Assembly (NCBI GenBank): GCA_951406725.2
Contig: OX597816.1
Coordinates: forward strand, 19,096,001-19,160,000
Source of the DNA: Octopus vulgaris
Lineage: Eukaryota
Direction of reading: 5' to 3'
Length of the DNA: 64,000 bases
Positions 12,366-24,773 of this stretch are shown piece by piece (the stretch's first letter is position 1; each line of letters starts with the position of its first letter). The translations under genes and the position numbers were made by a program. Under the pieces are notes generated by a model that saw only the letters and a list, made by a program, of their open reading frames with translations, had not been told where the DNA came from and ran no database searches.

Positions 12366-13956
12366 TAATGCTGTGAATGCTACTTTTAAAAATATATACT
12401 TTGTCTTTCATTGTCTAATTTTTATTTGATGTCTCATTGCAAATGCCACTTAACTTTTATCTTTCACTTGACCATAACTATATGTTTAAGGAAGGGCAAA
12501 CGTGAAATTGTAATTAGCAATTTCAAATTTATTTTCTAATTTAATTTGTCGAACATCGGTTTTAATGCCTGCATGACTATATGTTGTATGTCCAGGCGCT
12601 TGTAATTTGGCTCCTGAGAAAAATATCACGAAACTATTTCTCTCATCGATATATTAGTTTCAATATGTAATTTTCTACGTCCAATTTACCTTAGTACACT
12701 TAGATGTAAATAAGGTAATGGAAATTACTTCCTGTTGTACAATTGAGTCATCAAATTAATTAGATATCATGCTAATGGAGAATTTTGACGTGCATTTCTA
12801 ATAGTGTGCCTGTATTTAGTTCATAAGGTGTTTTCACTAACTTTCAATGTCCATCATTTTATCACGTTCAAGTTAACGCTTCGTATCTTTAACTGTTTTT
12901 GGTTGATTTAAGAACGATCATTTCATGCCACCAGTAACATATGCATATTTTGTTCTTAAACATCTAACCATGAAATGCCGCTCACGCAAATTAATACCTT
13001 CCTGATTCCAGAGATGTCAGCTTACTTGAGGTCGCTGTACAACTGATTGTAGCAGCCACAATCAGGGACAAGCAGTACCCTAAAACGCGTTCAAATCGAC
13101 AAGCCTTTACAGATTATACAGGCTCACCACGCCCACAAACATATACATAAATGGATATGTTGCCTCTTCGCATAATCAGTGTGCGAAGCATTTACATTAT
13201 AAATTCAATAAATATGGAACGATGCTAACTTTATAGATTGATAAAATATGCATCAATATTAATTAATTACCGGGGTCAATGTCATTAGCGTATACACACA
13301 GGTTAGGGCACAGCATATTTGTATTAGAATGAATGTATGAAGCAGAAATTAATGAAACTATATGAGATGCTGTGTACAAGTTTGTCCTTCGCAAAATCTT
13401 AGTCAGAAGTTTAAGATTATGTCCCCTGACCCTAAAACAAGTCTCTAGTTTCCCATCGTATTTTCTATTATACGATTCACTGTCATTAATAATGGCATCG
13501 CTAAAGTGAATAACGATTTACTAACCGAGATCAATAGTATCGGGCCCATATATGAACGTGCATCTCATTCTCGAATAACTAGTTTCCTACTATAGGTAGA
13601 AAGCACTTAAGTCTTTAGAGGTACATAGCTAGTAAATTTCAGCAAAGTGCTCGCCTGGTAGGTATTTTAGCAAAATGAAAGAAAAACAGCCAAAGTCAAT
13701 CCTGCCTTAATTTGAACGCAGAATGTAAAGAGTTGTCAAATTCTATATCCAGTGATCTAATGGTTTTAACAAATCGCGACCTTCCTGCTCCCGAATAATG
13801 AAAAAGAAATTCAGTATTCACAGCCAAAATATTCTTAAACGACGCCTATTTAAATAACCACAGATTATAAAGACAAATATATGAAATGTCCTCCTTACTG
13901 AAGGCAGACGAGAGAAGGATCATTCAAATTCTTTCTGAAAGGTGAGTTATAGTACC

Positions 13957-13957
<1 letters not shown>

Positions 13958-13987
<30 letters not shown>

Positions 13988-14405
13988 CTTCTTCTTCTTC
14001 TTCTTCTTCTTCTTCTTCTTCTTCTTCTTCTTCTTCTTCTTCTTCTTCTTCTTCTTCTTCTTCTTCTTCTATTCTTCTTCTCTCCTTCTTCTTCTTCTAT
14101 TCTTCTTCTTCTTCTTCTTCTTCTTCTTCTTCTCTCCTTATTCTTCTTCTTCTTCTATTCTTCTTCTTCTTCTTCTTCTCTCCTTCTTCTTCTTCTTCTT
14201 ATTCTTCTCTCATTTTTCTTCTTCTTCTTCTTCTTCTTCTTCTTCTTCTTCTATTCTTCTTCTTCTATTCTCCTTCTTCTTCTTCTTCTTCTTCTTCTTC
14301 TTCTTCTTCTTCTCTTCTTCTTCTTCTTCTTCTTCTTCTTCTTCTTCTTCTTCTTCTATTCTCCTATTCTTCTTCTTCTTCTTCTTCTTCTTCTTCTTCT
14401 CTTCT

Positions 14406-14463
<58 letters not shown>
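13958..14463. repeat. ~475-bp (TTC)n tract followed by (TTA)n
   Basis: Direct reading; source of the poly-S/L/F ORF. Confidence 0.97.
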
Positions 14464-14465
<2 letters not shown>

Positions 14466-14467
14466 CA

Positions 14468-14790
14468 ATGGGCATGGTTCAGTGGTAAGATCGTCTATCT
14501 TACAATCATAAGGTTGTGAGTTCGTTTCCAGATCGAGTTGCGTGCTGTGTACTTGAGCAAGACACTTCATTTTTCTTTTCTCTAGGTCATTCAGCTGTAG
14601 AAATGAGTTGCGACTTCATGGTGCCAAACAGTTTTCCCCCCTTTTACATTTGTGTAACATCGGTGCTGTATAGAGGGAAGTCTAGTATGCATATGTGGCT
14701 GCTGGTATTCCGTACACAACAGGGGTCGTACTTGTGGATTGGCGGGTAGCTTCCCAGATGGAATCCTATAGTCACTCATGATCAAGAGGT
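14468..14790 (+). mobile_element. tRNA-derived SINE (family C)
   Basis: Head 'catggttcagtggtaag...gagttcgtttcc'; body 'ttgagcaagacacttc...cagctgtagaaatgagttgcgac', shared with 61210-61533. Confidence 0.75.
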
Positions 14791-14994
14791 ATCGATTTAA
14801 TTTATTATTAGTTGTAATTTTTCTTATTTCAACTTTGTTTCTTTTACTGAATTTGTTACCAATACTTAGGGCATAGAAAATCGCTATATACATTCATAAT
14901 TCATTAAAATATCTATATCAAATCAATATCTATAATTTATTAATAAATTGAAAAGGTTTCATTATAACATATTTACATGGAAGGATATCTTTCT

Positions 14995-15905
14995 CACCTC
15001 GGGAATGCTCTACTGGATATGTTTGTTTTACCAGTAAATTAATCCTTTTCACTTCTTGCCGGGATCATTCTTCAATAGTTTTCAATTCCTGTTTTTTTTT
15101 TTTTAAATTTGTAATCATTCCTATTGCCTCTACAAACACTTGTATTTTGCGACGCCAGATTTCCGAGATTTCAAACAGTAAACCCGTAGAATTTCTGTGC
15201 TCGTTTAAGTTCCTTTGCTGCGGTATTATGATCACAAGGGATGCTCATTTTAATCAATAAACAAATTTAATTAATTTTGTATTTTATAACAATATCTGGT
15301 GCGTTAGATTTGATAGCTTTCTCTATATTAGGAAGAGTCCTAAGAAAACATTACATTTTCTTCCACCCACATTTACGGCCTCAGGGTGGTGCTTATACCA
15401 CTCGTAAGGGATTTTGATTTTATGGTGCTCACATATTAACCAGTTTAAATATTGATCATGTCTCTCATGCCTTGGATTATATTCCCCTTTTCGTACAAAG
15501 ATAAGTAACCCACTCTTTCATCATTTCATCATTGTAGAATCAACACTTTGAATCTACTTCTATTTACATTACATTGGTTTGGTAGTTCCTGTTTAATTTG
15601 CTCTGATCATTAGTAGCTGAGCGGAAGTATTCAATCTCTTCTTTTAACCCTGAGCTTCGTAGTCACGGATGGGTGTTGTTCTTGTCCACCTCAGATTTTT
15701 TCATACGGGCTACATTTTTATCATGGAGAAACCTATGCTCCCATCTACTAGCCAACTATTCATGCGCATTTTTTTTATTGTGATTAATATTAATTTATTT
15801 GCAATAACATTTGACACATTTGCCTCGGGAGGTAGAACAGAATTGTCGTTCCTGAAATTAGTTTCACATTTCTTACTCTTCTTCAAGAGGGAAATATCAC
15901 TGTTG
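14995..15905 (-). pseudogene. Decayed R4/Dong-clade LINE (post-RT region, zinc knuckle, RLE)
   Basis: Minus strand with frameshifts: LHDK...LRSSGLKEEIEYF..NDQ...RNYQ...SKC; WYKHHPE; KAIKSNAPDIVI...CLLIKMSIPCDHN...KE. Confidence 0.82.
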
Positions 15906-16094
15906 AAGGTAATAGTTTTGGAACATTAATATTCCATTTAAATAAGATAATTGGAGATTCGTATTCCACAATGTTACATTATGCTTCAGAAAGTTTGAAA
16001 TTACAGGAGAAATGTTAATGTTGTACAGCAATTAAAAGATCTATGAATGCAGTAGCTTCCCTATCATATGTATATATTTTCATACCTCTGTTGA

Positions 16095-16139
<45 letters not shown>

Positions 16140-16416
16140 AAAATACATATATATGCATATATATATATATACATATATATATGTATATATATATATACAT
16201 ATACTTACATATATTTATACACACACACACACACACACAAGCACATATATATATATGTATGTATGTGTGTGTGTGTGTATGTGTGTGTGTGTGTGTATTT
16301 CACGTTGCCCCATTTCAATCAGCAATAGAAACGCGTGTCGAGGTCGCTATTTCAAACTGTGTCAGCCTTTGCCTTTCCTTTGGGTAACATTGTTAACCTG
16401 GAGAGACGAGGCCGGT

Positions 16417-16612
16417 AGTGTCATTTTCCTCTTGAAGAAAACAAAGAAATGTGGAACTGATTTCATGAACGATACTTCTGTCGAATCGCCTCAGGGGAAT
16501 GTGTCAACTGTTATTGCAAATAAAGTAAAATTAATGACAAAATTTAAAAAAGCGTATGAACAATTGGCTTGTAGGTGAGAGCATAAATCTCTGCAAGATG
16601 AAAATGTATTCC
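16417..16612 (+). pseudogene. R4/Dong LINE fragment, inverted relative to 15712-15905
   Basis: Colinear match to the reverse complement of 15712-15905 ('cctcttgaagaa...gaacga...aatgtgtcaa.tgttattgcaaataaa...gagcata'). Confidence 0.75.
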
Positions 16613-16634
16613 TTAACAAAAAAGCTGACGTAAA

Positions 16635-16960
16635 GTTCTACTTCGGTCATGAATGATCATAAGATTGCACCTAGGTTGTTAACCGTCGAATTACAAGCCC
16701 GGCCAAGATTGTTCATGAAAATAAAAGCACTCACTCATGCATACCAACCTCGTCTCTCCACGTTACAAATATTATCCAAAAGAAAGGCAAATTCGGATGC
16801 AGTTTGAGCAAGCGACCTTGACACTCATTTCTATGGCTGATTGAGCTGGCGAAATGTAAAATATAATATCTTGCAGAAGAACACTACACACAACCTGGTC
16901 CGGGAATCGAACTCGCTACCTCACGAAGTTTAGCCTGATGCCATAGACTGAGAGCCATGT
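16635..16960 (-). mobile_element. Degenerate SINE family C
   Basis: 'ggtccgggaatcgaactc' (B box on the minus strand) and 'actcatttctatggctga'; similar to 61210-61533. Confidence 0.7.
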
Positions 16961-17568
16961 ACCGGGGTTCTCAAGTATATGATGCTTCCATTATTTTCCA
17001 TACATAGTCCTTAATGACTGGCATGTAAAATACTTATTGAAAATATAATAGAATTTTGTGCTGTTATTTTTTTGCTTTAGTCGAAACGTTGCATGATAGA
17101 ATACATTAAAATTGTATAACTGCGGCTGATAATGACAACATTTATATTAAACGCGAAAGACATTGCGGCATTACGTGCATGAACGATATAGAGATGTCAG
17201 AGAATATAAATAAGCATTAGTTACATATCATAATCTGCTTTCGTTTTGTATGCTATGATGTAATTTCGTAATTAAGAACCACTGATCTTTGTAACCTGAT
17301 TCATATTATGCAATTTTGTGAGGGAGAAGAAGTTTGTTCGATCCTCTCGTTACTGATGGAAAACGCAATGTAAATTGCGTCCATATCTCCTTACATATTT
17401 TATGTTTACTATGACGTTTTAAATATTTCTCGGCTAAATTTGATTATTTATATTCTACCATATATAAACTTATAAATATTTGCAAAAATGTAAATTGATG
17501 GTGGAGGTATTTGGCTTCATGATGTTGATTATGAAACCAAGCTATATTTCACATATCAAAATTAATAG

Positions 17569-17621
<53 letters not shown>

Positions 17622-17623
<2 letters not shown>

Positions 17624-17912
17624 CGGAGATGTACTTGCATAGCAAGTGACCTAATCTGAGATCGTGTGCTGGAACGAAAACAATCGCAGCGTGGAAGGTG
17701 TTTATAAGCCATTTAAGAAACAAACAAAACCCTTTAAATTTAATTTGTCAGAATATTTCCGTCATTTTGAGACCCCGACCTGTTCACTTAATTCCCATGC
17801 AGTACGGTATTTTGTCAGTGACCAGGTCGCAAATATTTAACCAACTAAGACCTCTTTATAAATCTTCTGAAAAGAATTCAGTGCCTTACATTTTTTATCT
17901 CATTCCGTTAAT

Positions 17913-17915
<3 letters not shown>
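17622..17915. mobile_element. Short (TA)n-flanked element with an internal palindrome made of two inverted hammerhead relics (putative Penelope-derived)
   Basis: Bounded by (TA)n at 17572-17621 and 17916-17971; 'cgacctgttcact' pairs with 'agtgaccaggtcg'. Confidence 0.55.
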
Positions 17916-17983
<68 letters not shown>

Positions 17984-18712
17984 ATTTGTTTAAACATTAG
18001 ACCTGTGTGACCTATTTGTTATCATTAGAAGAAACTCCCTCTCAGTTATATCCTTTTATACTTGATGCAGACGATTTAAATTCATTGAAAGATCTAATAA
18101 ACATTCACCCTAAACTCCTCATTTTCAATTAGTTCAGTTCAAAAATTCTAATTTCTTCATTTTTGTTGTCTTAAATACACGCGAATGAGACACTGAAATC
18201 CTAACTGTATATAAAGTGCTTACATATATATATATACAATAATTTGAGCGATGTATTCCTAACTTGCAAATCAACACTTTAGCTACATTCGTTCATTCTC
18301 AAGGATATTCACATCGTCATTTCCTGATTCCATCTCCACTTGAATTGATTACGTAAGAAAACATTTCAGACTATCAAATTCTCATTTCGACAAGATGACC
18401 AATTGTTGATTTCTTATTCATGTTACACGTTTGCTGATTATAGTATCTCTTGCTTGGTAGCATCATCGACACCATTTCGTAGACTAAATTATTGTTTAAG
18501 CAGGAAAGAAATTGCTATTAAGAGTAAGATTCCATACTCTCAGGAATAGTTAATTAAAATGTTATTATATTGTCATTATATAAATGCTACTTTTGAATCT
18601 TCATTGAATAAATGAAGTTTAGGTGAAAAGAATGACATAAGATCATATTTCCTTATATCCCACCTGAACATCTACATTTATACATATCATATAATATTGT
18701 ATTGAGTCAAAA

Positions 18713-18794
18713 GTTATGCAATATGTTGATAACTTGTTTGCTTTTTATCGTACAGTTATGCAATATGTTGATAACGTATTTGCATTTTTATCGT
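18713..18794 (+). repeat. 42-bp tandem duplication
   Basis: 'gttatgcaatatgttgataac...tttttatcgt' occurs twice, next to the mariner 3' end. Confidence 0.85.
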
Positions 18795-18814
18795 CATTTT
18801 AGCACAAGATCAGC

Positions 18815-19435
18815 CTGTCATGAAAATTAGAGGCCATTGTGTTGAACCATTTGAATCCCGTTTTTCTGCCAGTTTTTTTATCCCAGGCTGATATCAGTTC
18901 TCGTTCTTTCACTGAACGTTCTACCTCCTCTTGGTTGATGAATCGTCGTATGCGCGCGGAGTCAGCTATGGATCCGAATGAATATTATTCCGAGTGAGCT
19001 AGGTTCGGACTACATGCTGTGTGTCGAATCACTTTGAAGACCCTGCAATTTATTCTGGGTCAGTTGGGTGATATGAGGTCTTATGTTGCTTTGCTACAGA
19101 AACAATGTTAAGCAACGCAATTATTTTTTGCCGCACAGTGATACATATCCATCAGATGCCGAGTTCGTCTGATACTTTTCAAGAGCTTGGCGCCGGATTT
19201 TGATTATAGCTTGCGTGCGACAACGAAATCCACAATATTAGACCTATACGATCTTCCCTGATCGTCAAGGTTCTTGCCATCTGAGCGAAATTTCTTGAGC
19301 CATTTGGTTACTTTACTGCTAGAAATCTCGTCTTCTCATTTCGTACAACAAATGCTTCTGGATTCATCGGCAGTATTATGGCCCAGTACGAACACCTAAC
19401 TGATAAGTTCCCGAATTAGAGTACGCTGCATTTAA
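18815..19435 (-). pseudogene. Internally deleted mariner transposase
   Basis: N-terminus MQRTLIREL...GHNT...SICC...VTKWLKKFRSDGKNLDDQGRS joined to C-terminus NIRPH...HTACSPNLAHSE (cf. HPPYSPDLAPSD)...RRFINQEEVE...GIKKLA. Confidence 0.85.
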
Positions 19436-19499
19436 TCAGTGCGGCATACACATCACAAACGGTGTGAAGCAATGCACAACCACTAAGCGCACGAAGTGT

Positions 19500-19612
19500 C
19501 ACGATTGTGGCTTAGTTGTTAGGGTGTCAGCACTATGATCGTAAGATTGTGGTTTCGATTCCTGGACCGGGCGACAGGATGTGTTCATGAGCAAAACACT
19601 TCATTTCACGTT
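19500..19612 (+). mobile_element. 5' head of a family-C SINE, followed directly by the family-B array
   Basis: 'tggcttagttgttaggg...ggtttcgattcctggaccgggcg...gagcaaaacacttcatttcacgtt'. Confidence 0.75.
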
Positions 19613-19619
19613 TAAAAAA

Positions 19620-20372
19620 GGCGGTGAGCTGGCAGAATCGTTAGCACGCCGGGTGAAATGCGTAGCGGTATTTCGTCTGCCGTTACGTTCTGAGTTCAAA
19701 TTCCGCCGAGGTCGACTTTACCTTTAATCCTTTCGGCGTCGGTTAAATAAGTATCAGTTACGCACTGGGGTCGATATAATCGACTTGGTCCGTTTGTCTG
19801 TCCTTGTTTGTCCCCTCTGTGTTTAGCCCCTTGTGGGTAATAAAGAAATAGGTATTTCGCCTGTCTTACGTTCTGAGTTCAAATCCCGCCGAGGTCGACT
19901 GTGCCTTTCATCCTTTCGAGGTCGATTAAATAAGTACCGGTTACGCACTGCGGTCGATATAATCGAATTGATATGTTTGTCCCCTCTGTGTTTAGCCCCT
20001 TGTGTGTAGTAAAGAAATAGGTATTTCGTCTGTCTTTACGTTCTGAGTTCAAATTCCGCCGAGGTCGACTTTGCCTTTCATCCTTTTGGGGTCGATTAAA
20101 TAAGTACCAGTTACGCACTGCGGTCGATATAATTGAATTGATCTGTTTGTCTGTCCTTGTTTGTCCCCTCTGTTTTTAGCCCATTGTGGGTAATAAAGAA
20201 ATAAGTATTTCGTCCTCCATTACGTTCTGAGTTCAAATTCCGCCGAGGTCGACTTTGCCTTTCATCCTTTCAGGATCGATTACATAAGTACCATTTACAC
20301 AGTGGAGTCGATATAATCGATTTGATCCGTTTGTCTGTCCTTGTTTATCCCCTCTGTTTAGTAAAGATATAG
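19620..20372 (+). mobile_element. Family-B SINE concatemer: one head plus four ~170-185-bp units
   Basis: Head 'ggcggtgagctggcagaatcgttagcacgcc'; units start with 'ggtatttcg' at 19667, 19851, 20020 and (agtatttcg) 20204. Confidence 0.93.
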
Positions 20373-20887
20373 ATTCCACCAACCTCAACGTATACCTCCG
20401 GCAGATTCACCAGTATCGACCAGGTGATATACACTGAAAACTAGCATGTATTTGAAATAATGCAAACTTTTGACTCTCCTCTATATTTGTGGGTGCACCA
20501 ATTATAAAACTACATTTTACAATTCTTTATTTCAGAATGTAATTTGTTCTAAATGTATATCTTGTGCATTCCCTGCCCAAATCTCTTTACTTATTCATTA
20601 CTTTGGCCATCTGACCACACAAATGTTTGTTACATTAACGACAGCGTCATTTATACATCAGTATTAATATATTCATTCAACGATAACTCGTTATTTCTTT
20701 GTGTTCTGTACATGTATCTCGCTATTGTTTCATACTAATTTTACTGCGTTATTTGTTGCGATGATAAAACGCGCGCGCGCACACAGAACCCCTAGCCACC
20801 CTCACTACCACACACCCACCAAGGCACGGAGAACAGTGTGGTTGAGACAACATAATATATCACATCATTATAAATGAAGTTGTACTT

Positions 20888-20968
20888 ATATTGCCCCGAT
20901 GGAATTGTAAAAGATCTCTCAAATGAAACTGTTCCTATTAATTCTGAAACTTGCACATCGGATAATAT
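20888..20968 (+). ncRNA. Decayed hammerhead motif (CCGATG core)
   Basis: Stem I atattgcc/ggataatat; CCGATG; stem II gaattg/taattc with a long insert; GAAAC; AUC. A9 is missing and stem III is broken. Confidence 0.4.
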
Positions 20969-22005
20969 ATGCATACAGCTCTTAAACAGAGTCGCTAGTT
21001 GTCACGGATGGAACAGTTTTAATTATAAGTTTCCTCTGCTCAAATTGACGTCTTTCTAACTTTCCAAATCTTTCAGAAATTGTATGTCTTTCTCTTAAAG
21101 TTCAAGTACTAAAATGTTATTATAATTTCTTACACTCTTGTTTCCCTTTGTTTTTATTAATGTTTTTCTGTCCTTTTGCTTTCGCTTTCCTATCCTGTCA
21201 CTTATCTCTTACTATTATTAAAGAGACACAAAGTTGAAACATTCAAAGATTAACTCTTGTCTTTCATTTATTTCTACTTTTTTGTTCATCGTTTCACGTA
21301 CATTTTGATATCATTGTACTTTTTTGGTGAGTGAAATGAAGATATTTTGGAAGATTTTACAAATATTGATTACTGTCGTATACACTGGCTTTTTCTAGAA
21401 GTGATCTTTACTGGCTTCTTAACTAATAAGGTGGAGCCAATTCTCAAGCCTTTTATAAGATAGTGAATGATACAACCAAGTGAAGAGCTCTTAATATCAT
21501 TGGAACGAACCAAGAGATGATGAGATAATAAATATAACTTGAATTGCTCCTTTAGATAACTTAAATGTTTCTCTGTGAAAAGAACTGGGGAAAAGGGAAT
21601 GCAGTTATTTAGTCAATCCCCATCTTAATACAAGACATATAAATTTATCGTCTCATTTACTATAAACGTTCTGTTTACTGCTGCTATTTTATATGCACAC
21701 ATGTCACATGTTTGCAATGCTTTGCCTAATTTTCAGATAATCCATTGTTCGTTGATTTCTGTTCAACCGACATTCGATGAAACATATTGAATTTTTTTTT
21801 TCAAATAGGAGAATTCATACATCCTTAATTATTAGTTCTGCGGCATTATACGAATTATTTTCTTGATCTTCAGTTATAATTAGTTTAGTCAGTTGTTATA
21901 TGATTAGTATTTAGGTCTCATTTATGCTAATCGATATCTGTTTGTACTAGCTGATAAAGAAGCAATACATTTCTCTTCACTATGCCCAACGAAAATGTAC
22001 ATGTA

Positions 22006-22242
22006 TACCTATTTCTTTACTACCCACAGGAGGCTAAACACAGAGGGGACAAACAAGGACAGACAAACGGATTAAGTCGATTACATCGATCCCAGTGCGT
22101 AACTAGTGCTAAATTTATCGACCCCGAAAGGATGAAAGGCAAAGTCGACCTCGGCGGAATTTGAACTCAGAACGTAACGGCAGATGAAATACGGCTACGC
22201 ATTTCGCCCGGCATGCAAACGTTTCTGCCAGCTTGCCGCCTT
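22006..22242 (-). mobile_element. Full-length single family-B SINE
   Basis: From head 'tgccagcttgccgcc' to tail 'tatttctttactacccac'. Confidence 0.92.
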
Positions 22243-22819
22243 ATATACGTGTATACCATCAGGAGGTAATGAGAATACCGAAAACTTACATTCTTTAATG
22301 AACGCTTCTGACTTTATATTCAGACGCTAACATAGCAGAACTATTTCCCATATCTCTTCCCCAGTCGCTAAAGCTACCTTCACAACATTGATTACAATTC
22401 ACGAAATGTTCGACTGCAACTTCGAACAACTCACAAATAATTAATAGTAAAAGTTTACTTTTGACGATAGTGATTAAATTTAAGCTGTTAGAGATAATAG
22501 CAAAAGAATAGAATTAGGATATTGCAAGCAGACAAGATTCGCTTTAAAGAGAAGGGATTTTTACAAGTGTTTCCTTTATCACGTGTTTATTACCACAGTG
22601 AGATACATTTTAAAATGTGGCAAGGTGTAAAATTAAGAGTAGACTGCTTCGCGGTAATGCCATGTTATTTGATTTGCATTACTTTCATTTTCATTTCTGG
22701 ATAAGGACGAAAGAGGGTTTTAGTATGTAATGTATGCGTCAGTAGGTCTTCTTACTTTCAATCAATATCGTTTTCCGAATAACATGCAGCTATTCTGTTA
22801 TTAATTATATACTTATATA

Positions 22820-23245
22820 ATGCTGCGAGCTGGCAGAGTGGTTACCGGTTCGGGAAAACATGCTTAGCAGCATTTCTTTGGATTTTACGTTCCGGGTTCA
22901 AATGTTCCTGGAATCGAATTTGCCTTTCAGCATTTCAACGTTGATAAAATAATTACCAGTTGAAAACTGCGGTCTATGTAATTGAGATGTCCCCTCTCCT
23001 GAATTTGCTGGCCTTGCGCCAAAATTTAAAATCAACAATTATATACGTATATAATAGGCCAAGTCTGAAGAATCTTTAGCGCGTCGAAAAATATGCTTAG
23101 CGGCCTTTCATCTTGGTTCTGAGGTCGAATTTACCTGTTATCATTTACGGTTTGATTATATAAGCACTAATCAAGCAACTGTCGAAGCTATTGACTAGCC
23201 CCGTCCCAGCAAATTTCAGGACTTACGTTAATGAGAGAAAGATAT
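22820..23245 (+). mobile_element. Two degenerate family-B SINEs in tandem
   Basis: 'gcgagctggcagag...gggttcaaat...tttgcctttca'; second copy 'atgcttagcggc...gaggtcga'. Confidence 0.6.
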
Positions 23246-23271
23246 AATTATGTGTGTATATCTCAAACTTC

Positions 23272-23540
23272 GAGGGAGCCTGAACTTAGTTAAGGATGTT
23301 GAACTCATCATCACGAGATGGTGGTTCCAGTCTCTAGGGAGGCGGCTTGCAGCGTTGTGTTATTGAGTATAACACTTCCTTTCATGTCGCTATGCGATCA
23401 CTACGACTCCTGACGCGTGGAACAACGAGCACCTCTTCAGGCAACGACCATTTGATGGAGCAAATGCCTAGCACAAAGATTTGATCGCTGTAAAGAAATC
23501 ATTGGTGCAGATTGTTCAGCAAGAAATCGCAGAGCCGCAT
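23272..23540 (+). mobile_element. Degenerate family-C-related SINE
   Basis: tRNA-like head remnant followed by 'gcgttgtgttattgagtataacacttcctttcatg'. Confidence 0.5.
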
Positions 23541-24349
23541 TTCTTGGATTACTAGAGACTACCATCGCTAACTCGCACCGATTATGTCGAGGTTTTGTTA
23601 TCTATATTCGTTGTTCTAAACATGCTTCATATTTTATATTTATTTATATATGTATTTAAACATAACGAATTCATTGTTCGCATAATTCATTATGTTTAGA
23701 AAACAACATGTGATTGTCATGTCAGTCACTGTACTACTGAAGTAAAAAATTATACAAGAAGTGATATAATCCAAGCAATGGACTATTCAAATTATATGGA
23801 GTTATAATAAAAGTAGGATATGTGTTGTTGACGAGAAAGGCTCCTCTTTTCATCTTTTCAGTTAGATGAAATTTATGCAGTCATTTTTTAGATATACTGT
23901 ACGATAATCTGTTGTAGGCGTACTGCAATATCTGTATGATATCAGTAGGCGTATTGTTCAAGTGTACAAACAGATTAGTTTGTATTAGTGTGTAGATTTG
24001 CGTCATAAAAGAAGTCGTATAAATAAACACTTGTGGTCACATTTACAAAACAAGAAGAAATAAAAAAAATAGAGCGACTGGTTGTACTGATACGCCGCGA
24101 TTATTAGAAATAATCTATTTGTGATAAAAATGATATATTAGATCTACTTAAGACGGTGACGTGAGGGCTACTTTTCTTGAATGACGTATATGTTCATAAT
24201 GCTTATCTAGAACTTCTGCTCCGCACAAGTTTTTTGCATAACCGTTAAATTTTAGTTCTTTTAACCCTACTACAAATAAATATATAACTGTACCTCTTGG
24301 AGTTTTGAAGTGGTCAGAAATAACGCGATCCAATTCAGGTACAGTTATT

Positions 24350-24773
24350 GGATCTTTTCCGTTTGAACGGCAGTTTTTAGCATAATTTCTAGGTAGCTAA
24401 AAAATTTTAAACTTCGTATACTGGTAGAATGTGTTTATAAAACATCTTTTTCTCTTGGCTTTATTGAGAAAATTCTATAGTTTGTAAAATATTTGTTGTT
24501 TTTTTTTCTTCGATTTCTGCAATTTCAACCAATCAATGACTGTCTATTGAGGTGAAAACATTTTGTGCCGTATGAATATGTCCCTCATTTGAGAAGCAGA
24601 TTTGTTTTATTTACATTTCTGAAGAAAAAAGATACCCTTCCCCTGCTCCTAACCCTAACTCTAACCATAAAACAGATTGAAATGCAATAGATCGATACTA
24701 GTGTCATAATTATGGGTGACAATTTCATATGACACCGCTAGATAAAAAACTGCCGTTCAAACCGAAAATATCC
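24350..24773. mobile_element. Non-autonomous DNA transposon (MITE) with GG...CC TIRs and an 8-bp TSD (Merlin-like)
   Basis: Left 'ggatcttttccgtttgaacggcagttttt'; right 'aaaaactgccgttcaaaccgaaaatatcc'; TSD cagttatt at 24342-24349 and 24774-24781. Confidence 0.88.

Noticed and set aside
13942-14511. 189-aa Ser/Leu/Phe ORF
   Set aside because: Translation of the (TTC)n microsatellite.
19620-20372. CRISPR-like regular repeats
   Set aside because: Whole ~180-bp units repeat with no unique spacers and no cas genes; this is a eukaryotic SINE concatemer.
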